From Eledone cirrhosa (lineage: Eukaryota): a stretch of DNA of 64,000 bases. Shown here in pieces: positions 10,538 to 23,537 of this stretch (the stretch's first letter is position 1; every line of letters starts with the position of its first letter). The translations under genes were made by a program, and so were the position numbers. The notes under the pieces were generated by a model. That model worked only from the letters and a program-made list of their open reading frames with translations. It was not told where the DNA came from and did not search any database. The stretch is taken from contig OZ024745.1 of NCBI GenBank assembly GCA_964016885.1, positions 75,764,001 through 75,828,000 of the forward strand, read 5' to 3'.

Positions 10538-10740
10538 GGGGCGTAGCATAGCCAAGTGGGTAAGAAGTTCCCTTCACAATCATTAGATTCTGGGTTCAAT
10601 CCCACTGCGGGGCAGCATAGGTAAATGTCATTTATCTAGGACTCGGATCGATCGATGCCTTCTGTGAAATTGGGTTGACGGAAAGTGTTTGTAAGCCCAT
10701 TAAGGGAGCTGTTCCATTTCGACTGAGTCTCGACCTATTC
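10538..10740 (+). mobile_element. tRNA-headed SINE (CORE-like), degenerate
   Basis: A-box-like TAGCCAAGTGG and B-box GGTTCAATCCC followed by a body similar to 32225-32270 plus 32700-32775. Confidence 0.6.
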
Positions 10741-11419
10741 GTTAAGTATCCATGACACATATTGGTGCTTCAGGTATTGTATTATGAGTGTTTAAAGAGT
10801 TGTAAAGTGTATAACACTTTACATTTATTGTTTGGGGTGAGTTGTTTCCTTTGAGTACTCATACAAAAGGAAGCTGAAAAACTATAAAAATATAAAAAGT
10901 GAAATACATAAAATATGGCAGAGGAAAAAACTAAATTGAAATGAATATAGAAGTTAAATAGTAAAAAAAAATATAAGGTATATACGAATGTATTTTTATA
11001 AAGTTTTGTGAGACCGGGAGTGTCTAGTGGTGGATTAAAACTAAAAAGAGAGAATGTGATTTTCTCGGTATATAGTGAAGTATTGATCCATTTTGTTATA
11101 TAGAGATAAACATGGAAAGATAAAGGATTGAAAATATCACAGACTGTATTGTTATAAAACATAGAGATAGTGTGATTGTTCCTGATATATAGTTAAATAT
11201 TGATCTGTTCTGCTATATGGAAATTAGCATTGAAACATAAAGGATGGAAAATATCAAAAAGTGTATTGTATTGTTATAGAGAATAGTTAACCAGGAGTGT
11301 CTATTAATCGGTTAAGGCTGAAATAGTGAGAGATGGTGTGTCTGTGTCTGTTCGTGCGTGTGCGCGTGTGTGTGTGGGTGTGTGGTTAGTAAGTATTGAT
11401 CCACTCACTCAGATGGTGG

Positions 11420-11505
11420 TGTGATATTCCAGTGTTTCAAGGGGTATTTGTCGAAGTGACGACATTTAGTGAATATCTCTGATCTGACATTTAGCTTAAT
11501 TTGCA
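11420..11505 (-). pseudogene. Penelope-like GIY-YIG C-terminal remnant
   Basis: - strand translates KLNVRSEIFTKCRHFDKYPL, resembling the LNKRSE..CRH..K end of PLE endonucleases and LLNKLSEHCPNWMHK in the PLE at ~21900. Confidence 0.5.
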
Positions 11506-11984
11506 GATTTATCAAAGTTTATGCGTTGTTTCGTAAAGTGTTGCGTGTTTGCTTTTCAAACAACATGAAAATAAATTTACAGTTTATAAAATAATATTTA
11601 AACAGAAAGTACGTCTAAGATTGAATAGAGAAGTACTGAAATACATATGGATATTTTTTGAAATATCTAAAAAATAGTTTATGGACAGCGTTCATTTAAG
11701 ACTTTAAAATATACTGTTCTGATATCAAATATTTCAAAATAGACTGGTGGGTTATTGAGACTACGTATCCATATATAAATGATTTTAAAAACATCTTTAA
11801 TGTTTGTCGAAGATGTTCAATATCTTAATGCAAACATTTAGTATACAGAATATAAATTATGAGCTGACCTTGACTTTTCGTTATCAAAATGATTTTCTTT
11901 ACAGTTTACCTCGCTTTATATCGCTCTTATATAATGACGAACTTCGTAAATATTTTCCAAATATTTTTCAAATGCGGCCAAAAT

Positions 11985-12362
11985 GGTGTTCCTCCGAAGG
12001 GTCTTTGGACCAACGTTACTCGATAGAGAACGTAGTTCGGAAATCAGAGATTCACTCCAGGTAGAGCCGCTACTTCTCTGAATTGAGAGATCACAGGTCC
12101 GATACTTTGAACATGTGGTTAGAATGTCTCAGGAAAGAATCGCTGGCCATATTTTACGGGCAAAAACCAACCGGCAGGAGACCCCAGGGTAGACTTGGTT
12201 GGTCTCGCTTGAGGATCCAGCTGGATCAGTTGGAGAAGATTGCTTCTGACATGACCCGCTGTAAAGAGTGTTTGAGAATTCTGTCCCCACGACCCTCCCA
12301 GGATTAATAGGGCGGCGAAGAAGAAGAAGAAGAAGAAGAAGAAGAAGAAGAAGAAGAAGAAG
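11985..12362 (+). mobile_element. RTE/Expander-like LINE 3' end with (GAA)n tail
   Basis: Translates across frameshifts as QVEPLLL*IERSQVRYFEHVVRMSQERI..KPTGRRPQGR..ILSPRPSQD*, followed by (GAA)n. Confidence 0.75.
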
Positions 12363-12665
12363 ATCTATATATTTACAGTTATTTTCTCTCTGCATGACTA
12401 GTTATTTTTTCTTTAGTTATTTTTTAGCCAATCATGTTTCATATATCAGATTTTTTTTTTAATATCTATACAATACGGTTGTCTGTTATTGTGAAACATG
12501 TTGTTTAATAAGCAGAACAGAATTTTAATGCATGGACTCAGAACGCAAGAAACCGGAATAAATACCGCAAGGCACTTTCTCCAACAGTTTTATGACTCTG
12601 CCAATTCGCCTCATAGGTTTTTGTGGGATGTTCATATAAGTATACTTATATATATATATACATAT

Positions 12666-12730
12666 AAAGGGTGTCCCCAAAAATGTATACATACTTCAAC
12701 AGCATTCTAATAAAAGTGTGTGCATCTTTT
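12666..12730. mobile_element. Tiny Tc1/mariner-type MITE remnant
   Basis: AGGGGTGTCCCCAAAAATGTATACATACTT..AAGTGTGTGCATCTTTT imperfect palindrome with the right end lost. Confidence 0.4.
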
Positions 12731-13202
12731 TATATATATATGGGGGAGGGGGGTCAGTGTGTTGTATTTGAGTTTGTTTGACTCCAAACTAGAAAATACT
12801 TGTCTGTCGTTTGCTGTTGTTATCATTATCACAATTAGCATCCATCAGATTGAGCAGCAAAATTATATAGTTTGACATATCTGTCGATCAATCTATTTGA
12901 GATATAAAACAAGTGAAATGAAATAATTACACGGGTTATTTTATAACATGATTCGATAACTTCCTTTACTTTGTATCAGCAGACATTAGAATATCTTTTT
13001 TATACATTTTTTTATATTTACTGAGTCTTTTTGTTTCTTTTTTTTTTTCAAACGTGTCGTCAAAGTATTCATCCTATATATACACACATATCATTTCCCG
13101 TCATCACAAAGTTGAAAATATTCAATTTTATAAACCATATTTTTAGCCGCCTGTGTAATATATAGCTTCTATAAACGGTTTTCCATGGTAAATTAGGAAA
13201 TG

Positions 13203-13460
13203 AGGCGCATATGACAGTGGTTATATATTGAACTGACGATCAGAAGGTCGTCGGTTCGATTCTCAGACCAGATGGCGATATGTGTGTGCTTCAGCAAGGT
13301 ACTTTATTTCACGTTGCTCCAATTAATTTAACTGGAAATAAGTAACAGAAGCAGATGGGATAAGCCTGCGACAGACTGTCGTTCCTTTTCAGTTGAGTTA
13401 TGTGTTCTTAGGATTTTAATGCTCATGAAACAGGGATAACCTCTAGGCTTCATCCAACCC
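13203..13460 (+). mobile_element. tRNA-headed CORE-like SINE
   Basis: B-box GGTTCGATTC followed by ..agcaaggtactttatttcacgttgctcc; related - strand copies at ~54060-54270, ~62730-62870 and ~63830-64000. Confidence 0.65.
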
Positions 13461-13659
13461 GAGTAAAGCAAGGAAAAATGGATGTAAAATTTACACCCAA
13501 TTTTTCTAAGATAGAGTTAGAATTATCATTTACATTGTAAACAAAATTATCATTTACATTGTAACAAAATTAAGGAAGTATCGAAGACAAACAATGAGAA
13601 AGGTAAACAAACTTTATTCAGGTGTAGCTACAGAAGAAACCGGAATTATAAATCGCATT

Positions 13660-16600
13660 TCTCTTGAAGTTGCGAACTTAATGATGATTTATTTAATTGT
13701 TATAAAATGGCAAAAAAACAATCCCTCCATTGGCTATATGAACAGAATGAAGCTACACTGGGACGAAATGCACCCAGAGCTAAATTATTCCACAGCGAAA
13801 CAATTACGCCAACAAGCGACGTTTGTTGAGCGTAAAAATAAGATAAATATTATTAATTGTAAGTCCCCCACAACATGGCATCAACAACACGTGCTACAGA
13901 TCGCCATGCTACTAGACTTCCTAGCAGCCAGGTCGAACAGCGCCTTGAAACAACTATGCCTGTAAGAAACTTGACACCACCTGTACCATCTAAGTCTACC
14001 TCGAATGCTGGGGAAAACACTATCGATAATAATAATAATCGAAAAAATAATAATAATAATCGAAGAAATTTGACACCACGTGTACCATCCAAGTCTACCT
14101 CGACTGTTGTAGAAAATACTATCGATAATGATAATAATCAAAAGTATAAACAATTGAAAATTTCCCTCGACAAAATCTTCCAGAGAGAAATTAATTCATG
14201 TATAAATATCTCTCTTGCTGAACGTATTAAAACGACAATATTTAATAAAAAACCAAATAATGAAATATTACGTGTTATTGACGAAATAGGGGATGAATAT
14301 TTACAACATTGTGGCAAATAAACGCCTGTTTATATGCCTTAGCAACGATAGTGAAGCATTATCTTGGTGATAGCAGAGATATTAACAAGAACAAAACACC
14401 CCCAAAAGTACCATCATATATAACGAAAATAGAAAAAAAGATTGCTGACCTACGAAAAAACATAGGATATATGACAATGCTCCTTACATGCAAACAAACA
14501 CAAAAAAACTCACTCCTCACCAACAAAGAGTGAAAAATAAAATAGAGACGATGTTTGGTAACAGTAGAACAAGAACTCTTCAATATAAGCTGATCACCCT
14601 CAAACAAGAATTGAGAGCTGTTAGCGAAAAACGCCGATACCTGAAGAAGGTGGATGAGAGAAAAGTGCTTAATAAAAGATTCAGACGAAACCAAACATCA
14701 GTCTATAGAGATATGAAGAACAAAATAATTGTTTCTACTTTAGGCACAAGGCCAGCAAATACCCAGTGCATTACTGGTACTTTATTTTATCGACCCCGTA
14801 AGGATGAAAGGCAAAGTCAACCTCGGCGGGATTTGAACTCAGATCGTAAAGGGACGTAACTATGCTGGAAAGCATGACGTCCGACCCTCTACTGATGCTG
14901 CCAATCCAGTGTCACTGAGGCCCCATCCCAGAAAGACATAGATTCCTTTTGGAGCAAAATATGGGGTGAAAAGAAGAATTTCAACCAAGATGCAGTGTGG
15001 CTAAAAGAAATCCGAAAGAACTATTGCTCCTACACTACAACAAAAACATACGAAATAAGTGAAGGTACCCTTGAGACTGTGATAGGAAAACTCCAAGATA
15101 AGAAAACACCAGGAAGAGACATGATTGTCGGCTACTGGTACAAAAAACTGATATTCTATCGGAGGTATCTTACTGACATCTACCAACAAGTTCTTAAGGG
15201 AGATACACTTATACCAGAATGGTTGACATTAGCACAAACATTACTGGTCCCCAAGAACAAAGACACCCACTTAGCAAAAAACTACCGATCCATTGCATGC
15301 CAGAACCTGATGTATAAGATGTATACAGCCTGCCTGAATCTATTCCTCCAAGATCACTGTGAAAATAATAACATCATCAAAGATGAACAAGCAGCTGGAA
15401 AGAAGGGGGTTGGGGGATGTGCTGAACAACTCCTAATCAACAAAACTGCGATGTCGGAGGTGCGACAACTTAGGAGGAATATGGCTACAGTATGGCTGGA
15501 CTACAGGAAAGCTTTCGATTCTGTTTCCCACTCTTGGATGATAGAGGCCCTCCAACTTGCTAAAGTCCCAGACATTATTATCAGAGCCATAGAGAAGCTG
15601 TCTTCTTCTTGGGCTACTATCCTAAGGTTAAAGACAGAGAGGGAGGACTCTATTTTCACTGATAAAATAAAATATCGCAGGGGTATATTTCAGGGAGAGA
15701 GTCTCTCTGTGATATTATTCATCCTGTCATTAAACCCCTTGTCCTTTCTGCTCAAGAAATGTGAAGGATTGGCTCACAGGAGGACAGAATACGAACCTAA
15801 CCCATAATTTCTTTGTGGATGATCTGAAACTCTATGCCAAGAACATGGATGGGATGAAGAAAAATCTTGACCTTGTTACAACGTTCTCAAAGGATATAAG
15901 AATGGAGTTTGGCCAAGATAAATGCTCATATATGACTGTAAAGCGGGGGAAAATAAAAACCCAATCTAGCAACATTGTCATCAATGGCCTAACTGTTTCA
16001 CCGATATCTGATGAGGACTGCTACAGATACCTGGGGATAGATGATAACATATCCTATAACGGTATCTGTAATAAGGAACGCGAAACCAGGGAATACTACA
16101 CCCGATTAAGAAAGATTTGGTCATCGGAACTCTCTGCGCAAAACAAAACAGTGGCTCACAATGTGTTTGCTGTGCCTGTCCTAACACCAACGTTTGGAAT
16201 ACTCAATTGGACGATAGACGAAATCCGAGCAGTTGATGTTGGAGCTCGAAAAATACTAAACAACACCGGAAACTTCCACATCAACAGTGACATAGACCGC
16301 CTTTACTTGAAACGTAAGCAGGGAGGCAGAGGCCTAACATCAGTCCAGACAGCATTTGAATGTCGCATCATATCCCTCCGACAACATCTACGAACCTCGA
16401 AGCGTAGGAACCCGTCTCTAGAACAAGTCTATCTGCATGAAACAGATAAGATCATGAGAGTTGGGAAGGAACTCCTCAAGAGATATTCCCTGCGTGATAA
16501 TCAAAAACTCACACCCATGGAAGTCGCTCAGCAGTATCGCAGTGAATCCATGGATGAAAAACTGCATGATTATCAGCAAAACATCATGCATGGATATGTT

Positions 16601-17616
16601 GCCAGGAAGCTCCAGAGTGAGTGTAATACAGATAAGGAAGGTATTCTATCTTGGACCAACAACCGCTATATTGGCTCCCACTTTGAATGATACGCTTTTG
16701 CAATCCAAGAACAGGAAATTAACACGAAATACCTGATTCACAAAAGAGATAGGGATGCAGGGAAAACACCTAAATATGATAACAAGTGCAGACTCTGCAG
16801 AACTAATATCGAAGATATCACCCATGTCATCAGCAGCTGTCCAAAGATGTCATCGCGGTACTATCTATGAGGCATGATGTAGTGGCCAAAACACTGTACA
16901 ATGCAATCCGTAAAAAAGATAGCCCCGATAATAAACACATTAAAAGCTACAGCAATGTGGAAGACATCCATGTACATAATATGAAAGAGTACTGGTGGAA
17001 TGTTCCAGTAAAAATTCCAATAAAATGCAGGCATAACAGACCAGATATTATGATACGGGGCAGGGAGAAGAAAGCATGCACAGTAGTGGAAATTAGCTGC
17101 CCAGCAGATGCCAATATAATATCAAAGATTAGCGAAAAAGAGAATATTTATGCAGAACTGATGAGAAATCTTCAGATATTCCACCCTTATTACATTTTCA
17201 GATTTATGCCTGTGATTATTGGGGAACTGGGGTATGTTAGTAACTGCCTCAATACAAATCTTGAGAAGCTAGGCTTCACAGGAACAGAAAGAACACAACT
17301 AGTTAGGAAATTACAAGTACAATCCATTAATGGAATAGTGAAAATATGTAAAGCATTCCAAAAATGTTGCATCTAATAACTGCATATACACATGTACAGA
17401 TACAAAGCATATACACATGCACAAATACAACTCAAAACATACACATCCACACACATAATAACATCCATATCTACACATGCATGCATGAAGACATACTTAC
17501 ATAACTAGCTAGTTGCTGTTGTGTAATTTCCAATGAGAGAGTCTTGTGTCTATGTTAGAAATCGACTCTCTCTCTCTATTGGGAAAACATTTGTGAAATT
17601 ATAAAACCAGAAGAAC
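13660..17616 (+). mobile_element. R4/Dong-clade non-LTR retrotransposon (RT + restriction-like endonuclease), near full-length, inactivated
   Basis: N-terminal GYMNRMKLHWDEMHP; RT motifs KTPGRD, KNYRSIAC, EQLLINK, WLDYRKAFDSV, GIFQGESLS, FFVDDLKLY, YRYLG, RLYLKRKQGGRGL; CCHC knuckle CRLC..ITHVISSC; RHD; RPDI..VEISCP. Stops and frameshifts (e.g. TGA 16688-16690); ends at (ACAT)n. Confidence 0.9.
14727..14908 (-). mobile_element. SINE family A inserted into the R4/Dong ORF
   Basis: Removing it rejoins the frame ..KNKI-S-VTEAPSQKDIDSFWSKIWG. Confidence 0.88.
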
Positions 17617-17688
17617 ATACATACATACATACATACATACATACATACATACATACATACATACATACATACATAAATACATACATAC

Positions 17689-18290
17689 ATGGTGGTTGTC
17701 CCTCGCTATCGAGTATGGCCATTGCATGATATACCATTATTAATAATTATTAATTAATTCTATCTTGCAATGCCTGCGCGTGAAGATTCTTTTTAAAGTG
17801 AGGAAAGACTGTGCACTGAGCTAATCCCATTCTCTGAGCGACAGTAGCTATAACCCGAAAAGGAGAAAAGATCAACAACATCGGTAACTACTGAGCCGCA
17901 GGTTTTATGTCGGAGTTATCCCAGTTTCCTGAGTTACCTTCTAGAAGAATGCCCTGACAAAAGCTAGGGGTCCTTCACTCCCAGTGGTGTAACTGCGCGA
18001 TCGGGTATCCAGCCCGATTATTTCTATGTCCCCACGCATATATATATACATTTGCATACAAATATACACATATATACATTTGCATACAAGTATACACATA
18101 TATATATATATATACATTTATATACACATGTATATATGTATACACATATTTACACGGCCGTTGACTCTTATGAGTTCTTCCGCCCTTTGTCAGGTTTTTT
18201 TTTGTCCAGCAGGGTGTCCAAACTCACCCCCCTCACCAAGGAAACTTAGTAGGGTTGCCGGTTTAGTCACTGACGTCCCTACCATGCGAC
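17689..18290 (-). mobile_element. Non-autonomous bipartite RTE/BovB-like element, copy 1
   Basis: Colinear with 40580-41205; (TATG)n tail; internal microsatellite at the same position in both copies; no ORF. Family assignment rests on similarity to 50385-50840. Confidence 0.65.
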
Positions 18291-18580
18291 ATACATACAT
18301 ACATACATACATACATACATACATACATACATACATACATACATACATACATACATACATACATACGTGTATATGTATATATAGAGAGAGAGTGGCGTGA
18401 GAGATAACTATATATGTGTGTGTGAGTGTGTGTGCGTATGCGTCTGTGTATGTATGTGTGTGTATACATGCATACATATTAATGCATGCATGTCTGTCTG
18501 TATATATATATATATATATACGCATATATCTATGTACCCATTCATGAATGAATATTTGCTTAGCTCGGTACATTTGTATG

Positions 18581-18613
<33 letters not shown>

Positions 18614-18972
18614 CAATAACATACATTTGGATTTTAAAATAGGAAAATGAATTCTTGAAATATTGCCTATGTTACAACATAAAACTATTGACAATACGAT
18701 GGTAAAAGTAAAACAATATATATGTCCACATTGGCAACATGACAAAAGGTATAAAGATGAAATGTACGGAAATTAATAAGTGGAAAATCTCAATAAAAAT
18801 ACTTCTGTGACTAATAATAAACATTAAGAAATATATTTTAGTCGAATATGAACCAACATTTATTAACAACATAAATTCCAGAATTCCAGAGAATTGATAT
18901 ATAGCAATGACAGCATCTCTAGGAATATTCAAATTTAATGCCTATAAATACCACATTTATTTTTGGATAGCC

Positions 18973-19023
18973 AGATTCCTGATGATTTCTAAAGCATGAA
19001 ACAATTCTAGTCCTGTAGAATCT
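18973..19023 (+). ncRNA. Type I hammerhead ribozyme in PLE pLTR
   Basis: AGATTC-CTGATGA-tttctaaagcat-GAAA-CAattctagtccTG-TA|GAATCT; 6-bp stem I, weak stem II. Confidence 0.65.
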
Positions 19024-19106
19024 CATCTATATTAAAACTTTTATACTCTGCTATGTATTGAGTACCTTACTTACTGTGGTTATCCCCGACTCAACCCGGG
19101 ACCTAC

Positions 19107-19176
<70 letters not shown>

Positions 19177-19258
19177 GTTATTCCGGGTTGAGTCGGAGGT
19201 AACCACAGTAAGTAAGGTACTCAATACATAGCAGAGTATAAAAGTTTTAATATAGATG

Positions 19259-19309
19259 AGATTCTACAGGACTAGAATTGTTTCATGCTTTAGAAATCAT
19301 CAGGAATCT
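19259..19309 (-). ncRNA. Type I hammerhead ribozyme in PLE pLTR (mirror copy)
   Basis: Reverse complement of 18973-19023. Confidence 0.65.
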
Positions 19310-19567
19310 GGCTATCCAAAAATAAATGTGGTATTTATAGGTCTTTTCAGGTGGTAGGAGAGGGTGGGGAGTGGGATGGGTAGAGGTCATTGGTTGATAG
19401 AAAAGGGAATTCATTAAAAGCTAATTCTTTAAGGCTATAATTTATATTTAGAGTGACAAAGGCAGAAAGAATTTTATAAACAAGTTCAGAATGGGGTGCT
19501 ACTCCTTAAGTTTCTCTTAAGCTATATTCCAGGTGCAAACAGACACATTCACACAAAAGCACCCACC

Positions 19568-19617
<50 letters not shown>

Positions 19618-19650
19618 CACACATATATATATATATACATATATATATAC

Positions 19651-19684
<34 letters not shown>

Positions 19685-19690
<6 letters not shown>

Positions 19691-19998
19691 GTTAAAAATG
19701 TACATCCACATATGTATACATATGTATACATATGTATACTGAAATACATATATATACATATGTATACATATGTATACATATGTATACTGAAATACATATG
19801 TATACATATGTATACATATGTATACATATGTATACATATGTATACATATGTATACTGAAATACATACAGAATAGCTGGACACTCACAGTAAAGTGACCAG
19901 TGAAAAACTCGGTACATCTACATATGTATACGTGTGTGTATTCATATGCATACTAGTATTTCAGTATACATATGTGGATGTACATTTTTAACTTAATT
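19685..19998. repeat. Inverted repeat enclosing tandem 10-mer (TATACATATG)n
   Basis: aattaagttaaaaatgtacatccacatatgtatac at 19685 and its reverse complement ending at ~19998. Confidence 0.8.
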
Positions 19999-20085
19999 GT
20001 TTAAGCGTCAGTCATACAAAAGTGAGTTACAAACGAAACGAAATTTAATTTCGTTTCGTTATTTGTTTATATATATATATATATA

Positions 20086-20756
20086 TATTATTAAGTGTAA
20101 TGAATTCTTTTACAATGGAATTAGCTCGAAGGAGGAAATACCCCTGAGCCGTGTATATATATGATGAAACACAGATACCAACACATCTGTATTTATATTG
20201 CAAAAGAAAATTTAGCCAGAATGAAGTATACTAATTATTATACTACAGTTTGTCCATATCGATTTAAAATAATAAATCAACAAAGACGAACTGCATTGCC
20301 AAATGGCTATGATGTTTAGACACATTTAAATTTCAAAATCAAACCTGTTCCGTAGATAAGTTTAAACTTTAAAATCCCAATATGTTTCGAGATAAATAAG
20401 TGTAGGAATATCATGTCCTGCTCTCCTCAGTAAACATCCAGGGACAAATTGATATGCTTCACTTCTAAATAATTTAAAAGACTGTGTAACGCACATGGCT
20501 TACAGTTTCTAGCTAGTCTCATAACCGTACTGCTAGAAATAACAGTCGTATATATGAGGCGACGTTCAGCTCAGACTAGGAGCAGTTATATTATTAAGTG
20601 TAATGAATTCTTTTACAATGGAATTAGCTCGAAGGAGGAAATACCCCTGAGCCGTGTATATATATGATGAAACACAGTAGTATAATAATTAGTATACTTC
20701 ATTCTGGCTAAATTTTCTTTTGCAATATAAATACAGATGTGTTGGTATCTGTGTTT

Positions 20757-20765
<9 letters not shown>
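20086..20765 (-). mobile_element. TA-flanked element with direct plus inverted terminal duplications (PLE-like partial tandem)
   Basis: 20086-20174 = 20588-20677 (direct); 20160-20246 = reverse complement of 20677-20765; degenerate hammerhead core CTGAGGA-gag..ctc-GAAA on the - strand at 20385-20430. Confidence 0.6.
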
Positions 20766-20813
<48 letters not shown>

Positions 20814-20936
20814 TATACATATATATACATATATATATATACACACACATATACAAACACATACACACACATATATATATATATATACATATACACACAT
20901 ATATATACATATATATATATACACTTATATATATAC

Positions 20937-21051
<115 letters not shown>

Positions 21052-21090
21052 TACACACATATATATATATATATACACATATATATATAT

Positions 21091-21152
<62 letters not shown>

Positions 21153-21384
21153 GATGTATTTAATTATGTCTCATATAAAATAATACAACTGGCTATCCTC
21201 AAAATACGTATAGTTAGCACCCCAAACGTATAATTGGGATTATACTAAGGTATATCCTAATGTTTGTTGAGTGAGACGGAAGTCGGTCGGAGTATTGCTT
21301 AAAGCTTTCTCTGTTAATGTATTAAATACATATATATACATATATATATATACATATATACATATATATATATATATGTGTATG

Positions 21385-21452
<68 letters not shown>

Positions 21453-21837
21453 TATACACATACATACACACACATATACATATATATACATATACACATA
21501 CACACACATATACAAACACATACACATATATATATATATATACATATACACACATACACACATATATATACATATATATACACACATATATATATTTTTT
21601 TGTTTTTTGTTGTTTTTTTTAGCGATACGTATACAAACGAACGGCCACTCATACAAATACATACAAATAAGTACTCATAAATATACGCATATACACAGGC
21701 ACATAAAAACAGCTCTACAAGCATAAAATGCAGATAGGTAAGAAGTACTCACATAACCATAGTGGCCGTATTTCAGGTTGAGGAGGTGTGGGGTGGGGTG
21801 GGAAGGAGGTAGAGGGGCTAAAAGGGGGAAGTCGTTT

Positions 21838-23500
21838 TTAAACATCGGGCATTAACACTGGCTTAAGGTATTTGAAAGCTGCAAAGTTTTTGTGCATCCA
21901 GTTCGGGCAGTGTTCAGAGAGTTTGTTCAGTAGCGGGCTCTTGGCGAATAAAATTTCGTAGCTCTCTGAGATACAAAGGTCGCAGCCCTTGTGTTCTCCG
22001 TTGTAAGAGCGCGCTTCTAGAGTATTTTCCATTTAAGCGTGAAGGGGGTGGAGTTCCTTTTGAGGTCCCAAACATAGGAGGCGAGTGTTGTCTGGTTTGA
22101 TTTGTCCCGTCTTCTGAAGGAGTGTGTATGGGCATACCGACGGGTCTTAAAGTTATTGGAAGTCATGCCGATGTAAGTCTTTTTGTTGTTGCAATCATCG
22201 GTGCCTGAGATGACATCGCATTTGTAAACGATATCATTTGTCAGGCATTTGTTTTCAAGTGGGCAGGCTTCCTTATTTAGGCAATTACACAAGGCCCCAG
22301 TCCGGGGATTGGGTTCGGAGGTGGTTGGCTTATTTAATTTTTTAGAATTGTGATTGGCTATATTCCTAGCTAGGTTAGGTGTGGTGGAGTAGGAGAGTCT
22401 TATTGTGTTCTTATTAAAGATGGTGTAGTGCCTATGTTGTATGGGGAAGTGTGTTTTCAGCAAAGTGAAGAAAATCCTAGCTATAGGTGTAGAAACCTCT
22501 CTATTGAAGGGAGGGTTGTACCAGCTAATCTGCCTATGCCTATTCCTCCTCTGCAGTCTTGCGGTGGTTTCTCGGTAGGTTATCTTTTCTTTAAATCCGC
22601 TGCGGGTGAGGGCGTCATTGTAGTAGGTGGCAGAGGCGTTAAAAATATCTTCATTGGCAGAGAGGCCAGAGATTCTAATAGAGACGCTTTTTACTAAGTT
22701 ATCAGTGATGGTTTTGGGGTGGTTAGAATTAACATTAATATATCTAAGGGACTCGTTAGGTTTGTGGTACGGGTTATAGAGGGAAGTATCTAGGTCGAGA
22801 GTGACATCTAAGAAGTTGGCCCTAGTCATATTAGATTCTATAGTTATACTAAATCCTAGATTAGAGAAGAACGAGCTTAAGTTTCTCCGAAACCCATCGG
22901 TGGTTCTGGGTAAACCTTGTGCAGGGCGAAGAGGCGGTCGTCTCGGTATAAACCTCCGGTTAGGCCAGTAAAGAGGTTCTTCAGGTGATGTAAAATGTAC
23001 AAGCCCACAAAGTCACTAATTTCAGCCGTGTCACTCGCTCCCATGCTGACGTCAAATGGGGTCTGAGACTTCTTGTTGATCCAGTAAGATCCATCGTAGT
23101 ATAGAAAGGTCTTACGGGCGTGGAGGATAACAACTTGCTCAGCATCGGTAATGGTGGTAAAATTCCTGGCAAAGGTAATTGCGTCCTTCAGGAGGGGCTC
23201 CGAGATAGAAGCATAGTAGTTTTCTATGTCGAGTTGCAGGAAGCGAGTGTGGCGTTTGTCGGGTAATTCTTGGAACCAGGATATTGCCTCAGATGTTCTG
23301 CTCCAGAGTGGGAGTGGTGAGGCAACCCGCAATAATGGTAGAACTCTATCTAGGATCTTCTTACTGATAGAGCCGATGTCTGAACGAGTGAGGTTGATAA
23401 GTCTGACTGATAGTTTGTTGAGGAAGTTTCCCTTATGGTCCTTCAGAGTAAAGTGCGGGGTCTTTACCCTTAATTACGGTCATGTAATTTAAGGGACTTG
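21838..23500 (-). pseudogene. Penelope-like element RT + GIY-YIG endonuclease ORF, 5'-truncated and frameshifted (Nematis-like)
   Basis: FTLKDHKGNF..RLIN, FLQLDIENYYASI, FDVSMGASDTAEISDFVG, GLYRDD, NFLDVTLDL, YINVNSNHP, WYNPPF, Cys linker CNCLNKEACPLENKCL, IVYKC..TYIGMTSNNFKTR, CDLCISE. The Nematis label is from remembered motif pattern. Confidence 0.92.
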
Positions 23501-23537
23501 GCGATTTCTTTTCCGGCCGCGTTTGTCTCAGTCAATG

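Larger units (their letters stand above)
18941..19345. mobile_element. Two PLE pseudo-LTR copies tail-to-tail around a (TA)n loop
   Basis: 18941-19100 versus 19182-19341 near-identical reverse complements; same sequence as the pLTR at 23538-23650. Confidence 0.85.

Noticed and set aside
10538-10615. tRNA gene
   Set aside because: A/B boxes are present but there is no full cloverleaf and it continues into a SINE body; same for the heads at 13203, 29515 and 42643.
18150-18290. HDV-like ribozyme in the bipartite RTE leader
   Set aside because: Could not build P1/P1.1/P2/P3 pairings by eye; needs a covariance-model search.
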